From the NCBI GenBank assembly GCA_029881495.1, contig JAOUMJ010000008.1, forward strand, positions 7,160 through 39,159: 32,000 nt of DNA, read 5' to 3'. This document shows, in pieces, positions 10,147 through 21,061 of the stretch; the first letter of the stretch is position 1, and every line of letters starts with the position of its first letter. The translations under genes and the position numbers were made by a program. The notes below the pieces were generated by a model. That model made no database searches. It saw only the letters and a program-made list of their open reading frames with translations, and was not told the DNA's origin. Source of the stretch: Nitrospinota bacterium (GTDB lineage Bacteria > Nitrospinota_A > UBA7883 > JACRGQ01).

Positions 10147-10178
10147 ACGGGTAGAGCAGGGCGAATTAAGGAGGGAAA

Positions 10179-11780
10179 ATGATTGACCAGTTGAGAGAAG
10201 CGCTTTTGGCTTTCATCAGAGTATTCAATGGTTTGCCTATCGGCAAACGGATAGCGCTTTCGGCCGTCGGCGTATTTATGATAGTAGGCATTCTGCTGAC
10301 GGCTTATCTTTCGGGGGGGGATAATTACACTCTCCTTTACAGCAATCTTTCCCAGGAAGACACGCTTGCCGTTACCGAAAAATTGAAGGAGAGACTGGTT
10401 CCATTCAGGCTTGATAATGGCGGTAAGGTCATAATGGTATCCACAAAGAATATTTACCAGCTAAGGCTGGAGCTTGCTGGCGAAGGCATCCCTTCCGGTG
10501 GCGGCATCGGGTTTGAGCTTTTCGATCAGTCCACTTTCGGAATGACGGAGTTCATACAAAACCTGAATTTCAGAAGGGCGTTGCAAGGGGAACTTCAACG
10601 CACAATAAATTCAATCGGCATTGTAAAGTCGTCAAGGGTGCATATAGTAATTCCAAAGGATTCCTTCTTTGAAGAAGACAGGAAAAAAACTACCGCTTCT
10701 GTAGTCCTTGAACTCCGCGGAAACAGAAGACCGTCGGATGAACAGATACAGAGCATACTGAATCTGGTGGCCTCTTCTGTCGAAGGTCTTGATCCGAACA
10801 GCATCACGGTGGTCGACCACAAGGGTAACCTTTTGAGCTTCCCCGAAGAGGACAACGATGTTCACCGGCTTACCGTAAAACAGATGGAGTACAAAAGCGC
10901 GATAGAGAACAACCTCGAAAGCCGAATCCGCACAATGATAGAGCGGATATCGGGCAAAGGAAAAGTTGTGGTGCGCGTAAGCGCTAAAGTGAATTTTAGG
11001 CAGACACAGCAGACCGAAGAGATATACGATCCAAACAGCCAGGTGGCGCGGAGCGAACAGAGGCTGGAAGAGAAATCGACCGGCGCGTCGATGCCGTCTG
11101 GTATTGCGGGCGTGCAGAGCAATCTTCCTGCAGAGGCGCAGGCAGAGGCGGCTTTATCAAGGCCTGCAACAGCCAGCAAGGTAAATGAAACCGTAAATTA
11201 CGAGATCAACAAGACGGTGAAGACCATAATGGAGCCGACATCGGAACTCGAAAAACTCTCCGTTGCGGTTTTGGTTGACGGAAAATATACAGAGACGCAA
11301 AATAGTGATGGAGCGATGGTGCGCACTTTCCAGCCACTTGGCGACGAGGAGAGGGCGCGAATAGACAGTTTGGTACGGTCAGCTATCGGCTTTGATCCTG
11401 CAAGGCAGGACAAGGTGACGATTGAGAGCATGCAGTTTGATACATCCGATATCATGGGTGAAATAGGAACGATGGGAACTATGGCTGAAGGCGACTTTAT
11501 AATTTCGATGGTTAAATATGCCGGCGTGGGCATATTGGGAATTGTCATATTCCTCATGGTTGTCCGCCCGATAATGGGGTGGGTATCCGGTTCTACCGCG
11601 GAAGTTGAAGAGCTTAAGACCTTCCCGAAGACATTGGCAAAGATGGAAGAGGAGCTTGAAAACCTCATCATCAAGGAGGAGTCGGCTGTTCCGTTCAAGG
11701 AGAGGGTTTCCCAGCTTGTTGCTGAGAATCCCGAAGCCGCGGCAAATCTTGTAAGGGCATGGCTGAAAACCAGAGGGTGA
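10179..11780 (+). CDS. fliF: Flagellar M-ring protein FliF
   Basis: 533 aa; LYSNLSQEDTLAVTEKLKERLVPF, VKSSRVHIVIPKDSFFEEDRKKTTASVVLEL, GLDPNSITVVDHKGNLLS. Confidence 0.96.
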   Translation: MIDQLREALLAFIRVFNGLPIGKRIALSAVGVFMIVGILLTAYLSGGDNYTLLYSNLSQEDTLAVTEKLKERLVPFRLDNGGKVIMVSTKNIYQLRLELAGEGIPSGGGIGFELFDQSTFGMTEFIQNLNFRRALQGELQRTINSIGIVKSSRVHIVIPKDSFFEEDRKKTTASVVLELRGNRRPSDEQIQSILNLVASSVEGLDPNSITVVDHKGNLLSFPEEDNDVHRLTVKQMEYKSAIENNLESRIRTMIERISGKGKVVVRVSAKVNFRQTQQTEEIYDPNSQVARSEQRLEEKSTGASMPSGIAGVQSNLPAEAQAEAALSRPATASKVNETVNYEINKTVKTIMEPTSELEKLSVAVLVDGKYTETQNSDGAMVRTFQPLGDEERARIDSLVRSAIGFDPARQDKVTIESMQFDTSDIMGEIGTMGTMAEGDFIISMVKYAGVGILGIVIFLMVVRPIMGWVSGSTAEVEELKTFPKTLAKMEEELENLIIKEESAVPFKERVSQLVAENPEAAANLVRAWLKTRG

Positions 11781-11794
11781 TAAAGGAATAAAAG

Positions 11795-12826
11795 ATGGCG
11801 AAAAAACAGGACAGGATAGCGCAGCTCTCCGGCCCGGCAAAAGTGGCCGTATTGATGGTCGCTCTCGGTGACGAGCTGGCAGCGAAGGTTCTAAACGGTT
11901 TGGATGAAAAAGAGGTCAGTCAGGTCGGTAATCAGATGTCCTTCATGGAAAGCGTTACCCCTCCGATGATAGAAGGAGTTTCAAAGGAGTTTTTCGAATC
12001 TCTTGAAGGTGGGGAAGGGGGCGTTCTTCGCGGAGGCTCCGATTTCCTTCGGAAGATGCTTTTGCGGAACATGGATCCTGACAAGGTGAACGAGCTTCTC
12101 GGAAGAATTACCGCCAGCGGCGGAACGGAAGAGTTGTCGGGCGGCCTTGAAGCGGTGCGCCATCTTGAGCCGAAGATACTTGCCGGCTTTTTGAAGAGCG
12201 AACATCCGCAGACAATAGCGATAATTCTCGCCCATCTTGATGGGAGCATGGCGGCAGAAACGCTAAAACTGCTTCCTGAACGTTTCCAACCGGAGGTAAT
12301 TTTACGGCTTGCCACTCTCGACAGGGTAGGGCCGGGCGTTCTAAAGGATCTTGATACTGCGCTTGCGGTGGAGTTTCAAACTACTGGTGCCGCTGAAGGG
12401 AGCCAGCTTGGCGGTGTTGAGAAGTGCGCTGAAGTAGTCAACGCTCTCGACCATAATCTTGAAGTCACCATCCTTTCGGAGATTGAATCGACGCACCCCG
12501 AGCTTGCGGAAAATATCAGACAGCTCATGTTCGTCTTCGAAGATCTTAGTTCGGTGGATGATCGGGGCATGCAGACCATTCTCAAGGAAGTTAATAACGA
12601 GGATCTTATTCTTGCTTTGAAAACTGCATCCGATTCGTTAAAGGAGAAGATATTCAACAACATGTCCAAGCGCGCAGCAATGATGATGCAGGAAGACCTT
12701 TCAGCTATGGGGCCTGTGAAACTGGCCGATGTTGAAAAGGCTCAGCAGTCGATTATAAGAACCGTAAAGGGCCTTGAAGAGGAAGGAAAGATAGTCCTCG
12801 CGGCGGGAGGAGAAGAGCTTGTCTAG
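11795..12826 (+). CDS. fliG: Flagellar motor switch protein FliG
   Basis: 343 aa; LSGPAKVAVLMVALGDELAAKVLNGLDEKEV, LKSEHPQTIAIILAHL, MQTILKEVNNEDLILALKTASDSLKEKIFNNMSKRAA. Confidence 0.96.
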   Translation: MAKKQDRIAQLSGPAKVAVLMVALGDELAAKVLNGLDEKEVSQVGNQMSFMESVTPPMIEGVSKEFFESLEGGEGGVLRGGSDFLRKMLLRNMDPDKVNELLGRITASGGTEELSGGLEAVRHLEPKILAGFLKSEHPQTIAIILAHLDGSMAAETLKLLPERFQPEVILRLATLDRVGPGVLKDLDTALAVEFQTTGAAEGSQLGGVEKCAEVVNALDHNLEVTILSEIESTHPELAENIRQLMFVFEDLSSVDDRGMQTILKEVNNEDLILALKTASDSLKEKIFNNMSKRAAMMMQEDLSAMGPVKLADVEKAQQSIIRTVKGLEEEGKIVLAAGGEELV

Positions 12827-13631
12827 CAGAAACAAAAGGGTATCTTCGGATTCCACATATTACGCAAGGGTTTATCCCACTCCCGAAGAGGGTATATTCA
12901 AACCGTTCGGTCTTGGCCGTTTCGAGGAAGTCGAAGTTGAACGCCTGGAAAAGAAGGTCATTGCCCAAAGGGAGTTCAAGCCGGAGTTTGAAGGGAGAAA
13001 GGAAAAGGAGTTCATTCTCGGTGGATTCGAGTTTGAATACCACGGCGGTTATCAGATAGACCAGCTCCTTAAAAAGGTTGAAGACGAGGCAGAGGCGATG
13101 ATGAATGAGGCCAAGGCGAGGGTCGAAAGCATCGAATCGGAAGCAAGGGAAAGGGGCTATAACGAAGGTTTTGAAAAAGGGAGAGCGGACGGCTACAAGG
13201 AGGTCGAGTCTCTCATGGAATCGATAAGCAACTCGATAAAACTCCTTGAAGGCGAAAGGGAGGCTTTTTTCAATAAATCGGAAAAGGAAATGGTGGATCT
13301 GGTCGCCCTCACCGCTTCGGAGGTTATCGCTGGAGAGATAAAGACCGGCCCCGAAGTCATAAAGAACATAATCCGTGATACGGTGAAAGACGTCCATTCA
13401 AGACAGCAAATCACAATAAAGATGAATCCCGCCGATCTCGGTTTGGCAAAGGACCTTTCCGGAGAGCTGATACAAAGTTTTGAGGCTATAGAAGGGGTGA
13501 GCCTTGTAGGCGATCCTTCCATAACAGCGGGCGGCTGTGTTGTGGAAACAAACATTGGAGTGCTTGATTCAACACTCGAAAACAGGCTGATGTCCATTTA
13601 CAAGGACCTTCGCCAGAAAGTATATCTGTGA
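12819..13631 (+). CDS. fliH: Flagellar assembly protein FliH
   Basis: 270 aa between fliG and fliI; Glu/Lys-rich central coil plus C-term LSGELIQSFEAIEGVSLVGDPSITAGGCVVETNIGVLDSTLENRL. TTG start. Confidence 0.85.
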   Translation: MSSRNKRVSSDSTYYARVYPTPEEGIFKPFGLGRFEEVEVERLEKKVIAQREFKPEFEGRKEKEFILGGFEFEYHGGYQIDQLLKKVEDEAEAMMNEAKARVESIESEARERGYNEGFEKGRADGYKEVESLMESISNSIKLLEGEREAFFNKSEKEMVDLVALTASEVIAGEIKTGPEVIKNIIRDTVKDVHSRQQITIKMNPADLGLAKDLSGELIQSFEAIEGVSLVGDPSITAGGCVVETNIGVLDSTLENRLMSIYKDLRQKVYL

Positions 13632-14947
13632 GCAAGGAAATAGATTTTTCAAAATTCAAAGAGGCTGTTCGCGGCGCAAAAGAAGCCACGCATGTCGGCA
13701 AAGTTACAAGAATAGTAGGTCTTGTTATAGAAGGTGAAGGCCCGGATGTACCCCTGGGGTCGGTTTGCAGGATATTTCCGCGTGACGGTAGCAAACCGAT
13801 CGAGGCGGAAGTTGTAGGTTTCCGTGAGGACAGGGTTTTGATGATGCCTCTTTCGGCACCGGGCGGGCTAAGTCCAAATTGCAGAATTGAGGCAAAGCAG
13901 TCCAGGGCCTCGATAAAAGTTGACGATTCAATTCTTGGAAGAGTTCTTGACGGGCTTGGAAATCCTATCGACAACAAGGGGCGCCTCACATGCGAGAATG
14001 AAATGCCTCTCTATGCAGAGCCTATAAATCCGCTGCAAAGAAAAAGAATTAAAGAGCCTATTGATCTTGGAGTTAAGGCCGTCAACGGGCTTTTAACGGC
14101 AGGCCGCGGACAGAGGATCGGTATTATCGCCGGCACAGGCGTAGGCAAGTCGGTACTTCTGGGGCAGATGGCGCATTTTACCGACGCGGATGTAACCGTG
14201 ATAGGTTTCGTCGGAGAGCGTGGAAGAGAAGTAAGGGAATTCATTGAGAAAAATCTCGGTGAAGAGGGGATGAAGAAGACTGTAATAGTTACAGCAACGT
14301 CTGACAATACGCCGCTCGTAAGACTTCGCGCGGCGTACACTGCCACTGCGATAGCGGAATATTTTCGCGAAGAGGGGAAGGATGTCCTTCTCATGCTTGA
14401 TTCACTTACGCGATTTTCAATGGCGCAAAGGGAGATAGGGCTTTCGATCGGCGAGCCCCCTGCAACAAAGGGTTATCCGCCGTCTGTGTTCGCTTTGTTG
14501 CCGAGACTTCTCGAACGAGCGGGCACAAAAGGTGATGAACAAGGTAGCATCACCGGGATCTACACGGTTCTAGTGGAGGGAGATGACCTTGCGGAGCCGA
14601 TAAGCGACGCCTCTCGCGCCATTCTGGACGGGCACATTGTTTTATCAAGAAGCCTTGCTTCTCGCGGGCATTTCCCGGCGGTGGACGTTCTCGGTTCCAT
14701 CAGCAGGGTCATGGTTGACGTCGTTCAGCCGGAGCATATGGGAGCGGCCATGAAACTTAGAAAACTTGTCGCGGTTTACAAGGACGCGGAGGAACTTATT
14801 AATATCGGAGCCTATGTTAAAGGTTCCAATCCTGAAATAGACAACGCCATAAACAAAATGGGAAAGATAAACTTGTTTTTACAGCAGGGGATGCACGAAA
14901 AATCTACTTTACAGGAATCGATCACCGGCCTGATGGGGATAGTGTAA
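13628..14947 (+). CDS. fliI: Flagellum-specific ATPase FliI
   Basis: 439 aa; Walker A GIIAGTGVGKSVLLGQMA, VLLMLDSLTRFSMAQREIGLSIGEPPATKGYPPSVFALLPRLLERAG. Confidence 0.97.
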   Translation: MSKEIDFSKFKEAVRGAKEATHVGKVTRIVGLVIEGEGPDVPLGSVCRIFPRDGSKPIEAEVVGFREDRVLMMPLSAPGGLSPNCRIEAKQSRASIKVDDSILGRVLDGLGNPIDNKGRLTCENEMPLYAEPINPLQRKRIKEPIDLGVKAVNGLLTAGRGQRIGIIAGTGVGKSVLLGQMAHFTDADVTVIGFVGERGREVREFIEKNLGEEGMKKTVIVTATSDNTPLVRLRAAYTATAIAEYFREEGKDVLLMLDSLTRFSMAQREIGLSIGEPPATKGYPPSVFALLPRLLERAGTKGDEQGSITGIYTVLVEGDDLAEPISDASRAILDGHIVLSRSLASRGHFPAVDVLGSISRVMVDVVQPEHMGAAMKLRKLVAVYKDAEELINIGAYVKGSNPEIDNAINKMGKINLFLQQGMHEKSTLQESITGLMGIV

Positions 14948-15388
14948 ATGTATAAATTCAAACTGGCTCCACTACTCAGGCACAGGAAAAGGCAGGAAGA
15001 CGAGAAGATGCGCGAGATGTCGGTGATAAACAGGAAAATGGTGATCAACACCGAGCTGTTGCATAAACTCACCGAGGGAAGGGAGAGCGAGCTGGACAAG
15101 TTCACGCAAGCGAGCGGAACGGCTCACAACGTGGCGCTACTTAGGGTTTACCAGGATTTTCTAGCGGGGAGGGACTCCGATATCCTGCACAAAAAGATGG
15201 AGTTACGCCAAGTTGGCGAACTGCTTGAAAAGAAGCGGAGCGAGCTGGCTGAATATGTAAAAAGACGACGAGTGTTGGAGATCCTGCGCGACAGGCAGGA
15301 GGAAGAGTACAACCTTGAAGCGGAGAGGCGCGAGCAGAAGGAGCTCGACGATATTTCAAACCAGCTATTTCTGCGGGAGGCATGGTGA
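14948..15388 (+). CDS. fliJ: Flagellar export chaperone FliJ
   Basis: 146 aa directly after fliI; N-term MYKFKLAPLLRHRKRQEDEK and all-helical charged coil typical of FliJ. Confidence 0.85.
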   Translation: MYKFKLAPLLRHRKRQEDEKMREMSVINRKMVINTELLHKLTEGRESELDKFTQASGTAHNVALLRVYQDFLAGRDSDILHKKMELRQVGELLEKKRSELAEYVKRRRVLEILRDRQEEEYNLEAERREQKELDDISNQLFLREAW

Positions 15389-15915
15389 TAAAAAGATTTT
15401 TTCTGATCATACTTCTGGTGAAGGCATCTCTTGTGCTGTTTCTTCTTTTTGGAGGGGAAGATCTGCTTCCGGAAGCATCCGCACAGAATGAAGGAGCCTC
15501 TGCCCAAACTCCCCAGGAGAAACTCAAGCTGGAACTTTTCGAGGAGATGAAAAAGAAACAGGAAGAACTCGACAAGAGAGAAGAGATGTTAAACCGCAGA
15601 GAGGACAGGACCCGCGCCCTCGAGCTTGATATGAGCAAAAAAATAGACGAATTGAAAAGATTGCAGGTAAGGATAGACGACCTGATAAGGATGAGGGACG
15701 ATTTGGAGAAAACCAATGTTGCGAATCTTTCAAAAACATACTCAATGATGGCCCCAGATGAGGCCGCGGCGAGATTGAAAACTATGGATAGAGCAATTGC
15801 CCTTCAGATAGTCGGACAGATGAAGAGTAAAAATTCAGCGAGAATACTAAGCAGCCTTGACCAGGCGACCGCGACCGAATTTTCCGAACAGCTTGCGAAA
15901 AGAAGATTTGAATAG
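15382..15915 (+). CDS. MotE-like flagellar motility protein (MgtE-N-like C-terminus)
   Basis: 177 aa; N-terminal TM, coiled coil, C-term YSMMAPDEAAARLKTMDRAIALQIVGQMKSKNSARILSSLDQATATEFSEQL. Confidence 0.75.
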   Translation: MVIKRFFLIILLVKASLVLFLLFGGEDLLPEASAQNEGASAQTPQEKLKLELFEEMKKKQEELDKREEMLNRREDRTRALELDMSKKIDELKRLQVRIDDLIRMRDDLEKTNVANLSKTYSMMAPDEAAARLKTMDRAIALQIVGQMKSKNSARILSSLDQATATEFSEQLAKRRFE

Positions 15916-15988
15916 ACGCCTGAAGAAAAATCTTTTCAGCGCTGGTAGAAATTTGATATTCGCGTGAAAAGTTGATAAAACATATCCC

Positions 15989-16210
15989 ATGGCAACAAGC
16001 GAGGATAGTTTGGAAAAAAAGGTTGAGAGAGTGTTTTCCGACGAGGAAAACAGGAGAGTTGACGGGATTCTTTACCGGGAGCTGGATTTTGGCGGAATGA
16101 CCACCCAGTTTCTGTTGCATATCGTCTCATCAGGGGTGATTATCAGCGACAAGAATATTGAGCCCCTCATGGAGTACATGGAAAAGCACGGCCCGAAAGG
16201 AAACGCCTGA
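15989..16210 (+). CDS. Small hypothetical protein (73 aa) downstream of motE-like gene
   Basis: Complete ORF MATSEDSLEKKVERVFSDEENRRVDGILYRELDFGGMTTQFLLHIVSSGVIISDKNIEPLMEYMEKHGPKGNA; same strand as the flagellar unit; weak SD. Confidence 0.5.
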   Translation: MATSEDSLEKKVERVFSDEENRRVDGILYRELDFGGMTTQFLLHIVSSGVIISDKNIEPLMEYMEKHGPKGNA

Positions 16211-16484
16211 CATAGTTCGGCGGCTCCTTTGGCCCTGTAATCCCTGTTCCCCCTTTCTTTATCGCAATCTCGGCAGGAGAATAATGTGCGTAGCGCAGGG
16301 GTAACCTGTTGTATATATAGGTGATATCCTGATCTATGAGTGCTGATGGTTAAACATATTCAGAACTTTTCCGGATATTCACTAATATTGGTCTCCGCTC
16401 TTCAACCTTTGCCCCTAAGTAGGATATCCCATTCTTTTTGGATGAAAAAAAAGTATAATACCCACTTTAATTTTCGGGAGAGTG

Positions 16485-18263
<1,779 letters not shown>

Positions 18264-18273
18264 CGGTATCGAC

Positions 18274-19674
18274 ATGGATCACCTGAATCCGGCAGGAGAG
18301 GTAAAGACAAGGTTCGCGCCAAGCCCTACAGGGACGCTACATCTCGGCGGAGCGCGCACCGCCCTTTTCAACTGGCTCTATGCCCGAAACAGAAAAGGGA
18401 AGTTCGTCCTCAGAATAGAGGATACCGACACCGAGCGTTCCACCCGTGAATCTGTGGATGAGATACTCGAATCGATGAAGTGGCTCGGCCTTGACCACGA
18501 TGAAGGCCCCTATTTTCAGAGCGAGCGCACCGGCCTATATTCTGAAAAGGTTGATACGCTCTTGAAAGAAGGTAAAGCGTATCGCTGTTATTGCACAAAG
18601 GAGGAGCTGGACGCCAAGCGCGAAGCGATCCAGAAGGCGGGGGGCAAACCGCTGTATGACAGGAAATGCAGGGAGCTGGGCGAAGGGGATGTCTCAAAGC
18701 CTCATGTGATACGTTTCAAAATGCCGCTTAAAGGGAGCACCGTTTTTATCGATTCCCTGCGGGGCGCGGTTGAAGTCGAGAATTCGGAGATGGACGATTT
18801 CGTAATAAGACGCACGGACGGCGGTGTGATCTACAATCTTGTTGTCGTTATCGACGACGCCGAAATGGGAATAACAAACGTCATACGGGGGGACGACCAT
18901 ATTGCGAATACGCCAAAGCAGGTGAATCTGTATAAGGCGTTCGGATATCCGGTGCCGGAGTTCACTCACGTTTCGATGATCCTCGGTAAGGACAAGAAGA
19001 GGCTGAGCAAGAGGCATGGAGCCGATTCGGTTCTGGCCTTGCGCGACTCCGGGTACGTGAGCGACGCGCTTGTAAACATGCTAGCAAGGCTTGGCTGGAG
19101 CAGTGGCGATCAGGAGGTATTCTCCCGCGAAGAGATAGTGGATAAATTTTCTCTGGCGAACATCACCATGTCGTCCGCGGTTTTCGATATGGAAAAGCTT
19201 CTGTGGCTGAACGGTCAGCACATCATGCGCATGGATGATGGCCGGCTGGCGGACGAGGCGTTGCCGTTTGTGAAAAAAAATCATCCGAACGCCGACCGGG
19301 AATCGCTGATAAAGATCCTCCCGCTCCTAAAGGAGCGCGCGAAAACGCTTGTCGATCTTGCGGATGGAGCGGAATTTTATTTTGCCAACGAAGTCGTTGT
19401 AGACAAGGGCGCAAGGGAAAAGTTCCTGACAGCCGCGCACCTCCAGTATCTGAAGGATGTTGCGGAGCTGATTGAGAAGCATGGCGTTTCGGACGCCGAG
19501 GTGTTGAATGGCGAGTTCAAGAATCTTGCCGAACGAAATTCCACAAAGATGAAGGATATCGCGCAGCCGGTACGCGTCGCCCTCACGGGGAAGACGGTCT
19601 CTCCGGGGATATTCGAAATGATGTCGATCATCGGCAAGGATGAATCGTTGAAGCGAATACGTGCTTTGCTGTAA
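18274..19674 (+). CDS. gltX: Glutamyl-tRNA synthetase
   Basis: VKTRFAPSPTGTLHLGGARTALFNWLYAR, GDDHIANTPKQVNLYKAFGYPVPEFTHVSMILGKDKKRLSKRHGA. Confidence 0.97.
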   Translation: MDHLNPAGEVKTRFAPSPTGTLHLGGARTALFNWLYARNRKGKFVLRIEDTDTERSTRESVDEILESMKWLGLDHDEGPYFQSERTGLYSEKVDTLLKEGKAYRCYCTKEELDAKREAIQKAGGKPLYDRKCRELGEGDVSKPHVIRFKMPLKGSTVFIDSLRGAVEVENSEMDDFVIRRTDGGVIYNLVVVIDDAEMGITNVIRGDDHIANTPKQVNLYKAFGYPVPEFTHVSMILGKDKKRLSKRHGADSVLALRDSGYVSDALVNMLARLGWSSGDQEVFSREEIVDKFSLANITMSSAVFDMEKLLWLNGQHIMRMDDGRLADEALPFVKKNHPNADRESLIKILPLLKERAKTLVDLADGAEFYFANEVVVDKGAREKFLTAAHLQYLKDVAELIEKHGVSDAEVLNGEFKNLAERNSTKMKDIAQPVRVALTGKTVSPGIFEMMSIIGKDESLKRIRALL

Positions 19675-19781
19675 TATCTGATTGCGATAGTTCATTTCGC
19701 ATATGGTTTTTTCGGAGCGATTTGTATGCCGGATTGGCGCGGAAAAGAATCCGTACGAGCTCTCCAGAGCGAGGGGTGGAG

Positions 19782-20150
19782 ATGGTAGTATCAGAGATCG
19801 AATATCAAATTGTTCTTCTCTTCTGCATCGAGGAATATTTCGAACCTGAAATGGAAGATGAGCTTTCCATCATTGTGCCGGATGTAATCTCTGAATATAA
19901 CGGGAGTGTTCTGGAGATGAAAGTTAACCGGGATTACCTGTATGTACACTTCAGGTCATCCCCGGATCACTCCCCTTCGGAGGTAGCGCGGGGTCTTGCC
20001 TTGCTCACTTCAGCCAGGCTTATAAACCTGCATAATGGATTGAAAGGGTACGAGACCGTTTTTAGGCCGGATTTTTGCGTTAAAACCGGGGAAAAAATGG
20101 GAGAGTATGAAATAGAAGATTTTATGGCAATTGCGAAATCGAGACTTTGA
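19782..20150 (+). CDS. Degenerate Y1 (IS200/TnpA-like) transposase-fold protein, predicted catalytically inactive
   Basis: MVVSEIEYQIVLLFCIEEYFEPEMEDELSIIVPDVISEYNGSVLEMKVNRDYLYVHFRSSPDHSPSEVARGLALLTSARLINLHNGLKGYETVFRPDFCVKTGEKMGEYEIEDFM. Follows the IS200 TnpA pattern region by region, but the DHVHL motif reads DYLYV. ATG at 19782 has SD GAGGGG; ORF track opens upstream at 19722. Confidence 0.6.
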   Translation: MVVSEIEYQIVLLFCIEEYFEPEMEDELSIIVPDVISEYNGSVLEMKVNRDYLYVHFRSSPDHSPSEVARGLALLTSARLINLHNGLKGYETVFRPDFCVKTGEKMGEYEIEDFMAIAKSRL

Positions 20151-20175
20151 TTAAACCCGAAAATAGGTATATAAT
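20147..20175 (+). promoter_or_regulatory. Candidate sigma-70-type promoter for bactofilin gene
   Basis: TTGATT-N17-TATAAT, about 60 nt upstream of the ATG at 20235. Confidence 0.6.
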
Positions 20176-20234
20176 GTTACGAAAGAATAAACTATTGTTA
20201 CGTTAACTTTAACCTGCAAACATGGGGCAACTAA

Positions 20235-20657
20235 ATGGCAAGTAAAAAATTCGCCGACTTGGGAAACATAAAGGCGTTTCTCGGTCACGGCACAGAATTC
20301 GAGGGTCTTCTCAGTTTTGAAGGTACGGTTCGTCTTGACGGAGTTTTTAAAGGTGAGATCCAGTCAGCCGACTGTCTGATTATCGGCGATACCGCGAGGG
20401 TTGAGGCTGAGGTTAACATAGGCCGTCTTGTTGTAATGGGGAGACTGCAGGGCAACGTGAGGGCCAGCGACAAGGTGGAGATTTCTTCCACGGGCAATAT
20501 CGAAGGTGATATCGTCACACCGATAATCATGATTGAGGAAGGGGCAAATCTTGAGGGTAGCATCCACATGCACAGTCAACAGCCTGCCACATCGAAACCT
20601 CAAAAGGAGACGCTTATAAAAACTCAGTCTTCTCAGGCGGAAGAGAGTATCAACTGA
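20235..20657 (+). CDS. Bactofilin (polymer-forming cytoskeletal protein)
   Basis: 140 aa; GTEFEGLLSFEGTVRLDGVFKGEIQSADCLIIGDTARVEAEVNIGRLVVMGRLQGNVRASDKVEISSTGNIEGDIVTPIIMIEEGANLEGSI beta-helical repeat pattern. Confidence 0.93.
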   Translation: MASKKFADLGNIKAFLGHGTEFEGLLSFEGTVRLDGVFKGEIQSADCLIIGDTARVEAEVNIGRLVVMGRLQGNVRASDKVEISSTGNIEGDIVTPIIMIEEGANLEGSIHMHSQQPATSKPQKETLIKTQSSQAEESIN

Positions 20658-20806
20658 CCCGGATAGATATCCTGGCGGAGTAAAGATTCCCGCCCTGTCC
20701 GCTACTTTGTATTCTGTTTGCCGTGCGGCAGTTTCTTTTTATCCCAGCTGAAAAACCACTTTGTAAGAGGTGGTAAAGCCATTAGTATGGTCATGAATTT
20801 GATTTT

Positions 20807-20883
20807 GCGCCCGTAGCTCAGCTGGATAGAGCATCTGACTTCGGATCAGAGGGTCGGGAGTTCGAATCTCTCCGGGCGCGCCA
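20807..20883 (+). tRNA. tRNA-Arg (anticodon TCG), CCA encoded
   Basis: Acceptor GCGCCCG/CGGGCGC, anticodon arm TCTGA-CTTCGGA-TCAGA, T-arm GGGAG-TTCGAAT-CTCTC, GCCA end. Confidence 0.96.
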
Positions 20884-20951
20884 TTTTTCAATTTGCGTAT
20901 TTTCCCCGCCATAGATATGCCGGATAGGGAATTCGAACTTTTCATAACTTG

Positions 20952-20988
20952 AAATTTGGCGCGGTCGGTTCCGCATCGCCAAATTTTT
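20952..20988 (+). terminator. Intrinsic terminator-like hairpin downstream of tRNA-Arg
   Basis: Perfect 10-bp stem AAATTTGGCG (20952-20961) / CGCCAAATTT (20977-20986) continuing into a T run (TTTTT). Confidence 0.6.
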
Positions 20989-21061
20989 CATGGTTTTAAA
21001 TCCGGTTAAATAGTTATAAACTCACTCCTAAGGGTCTCTTTCGTGGATTGTAGGAGTGGAA

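Noticed and set aside
20739-20945. Minus-strand 68-aa ORF containing GEIRTPDPLIRSQMLYPAELRA
   Set aside because: Antisense translation of tRNA-Arg at 20807-20883, another familiar spurious ORF.
20884-20945. GGGAATTCGAA downstream of tRNA-Arg, considered as a duplicated tRNA 3' end (att site)
   Set aside because: Match to the T-loop is only a few bases, and there is no integrase or CCA-proximal repeat nearby.
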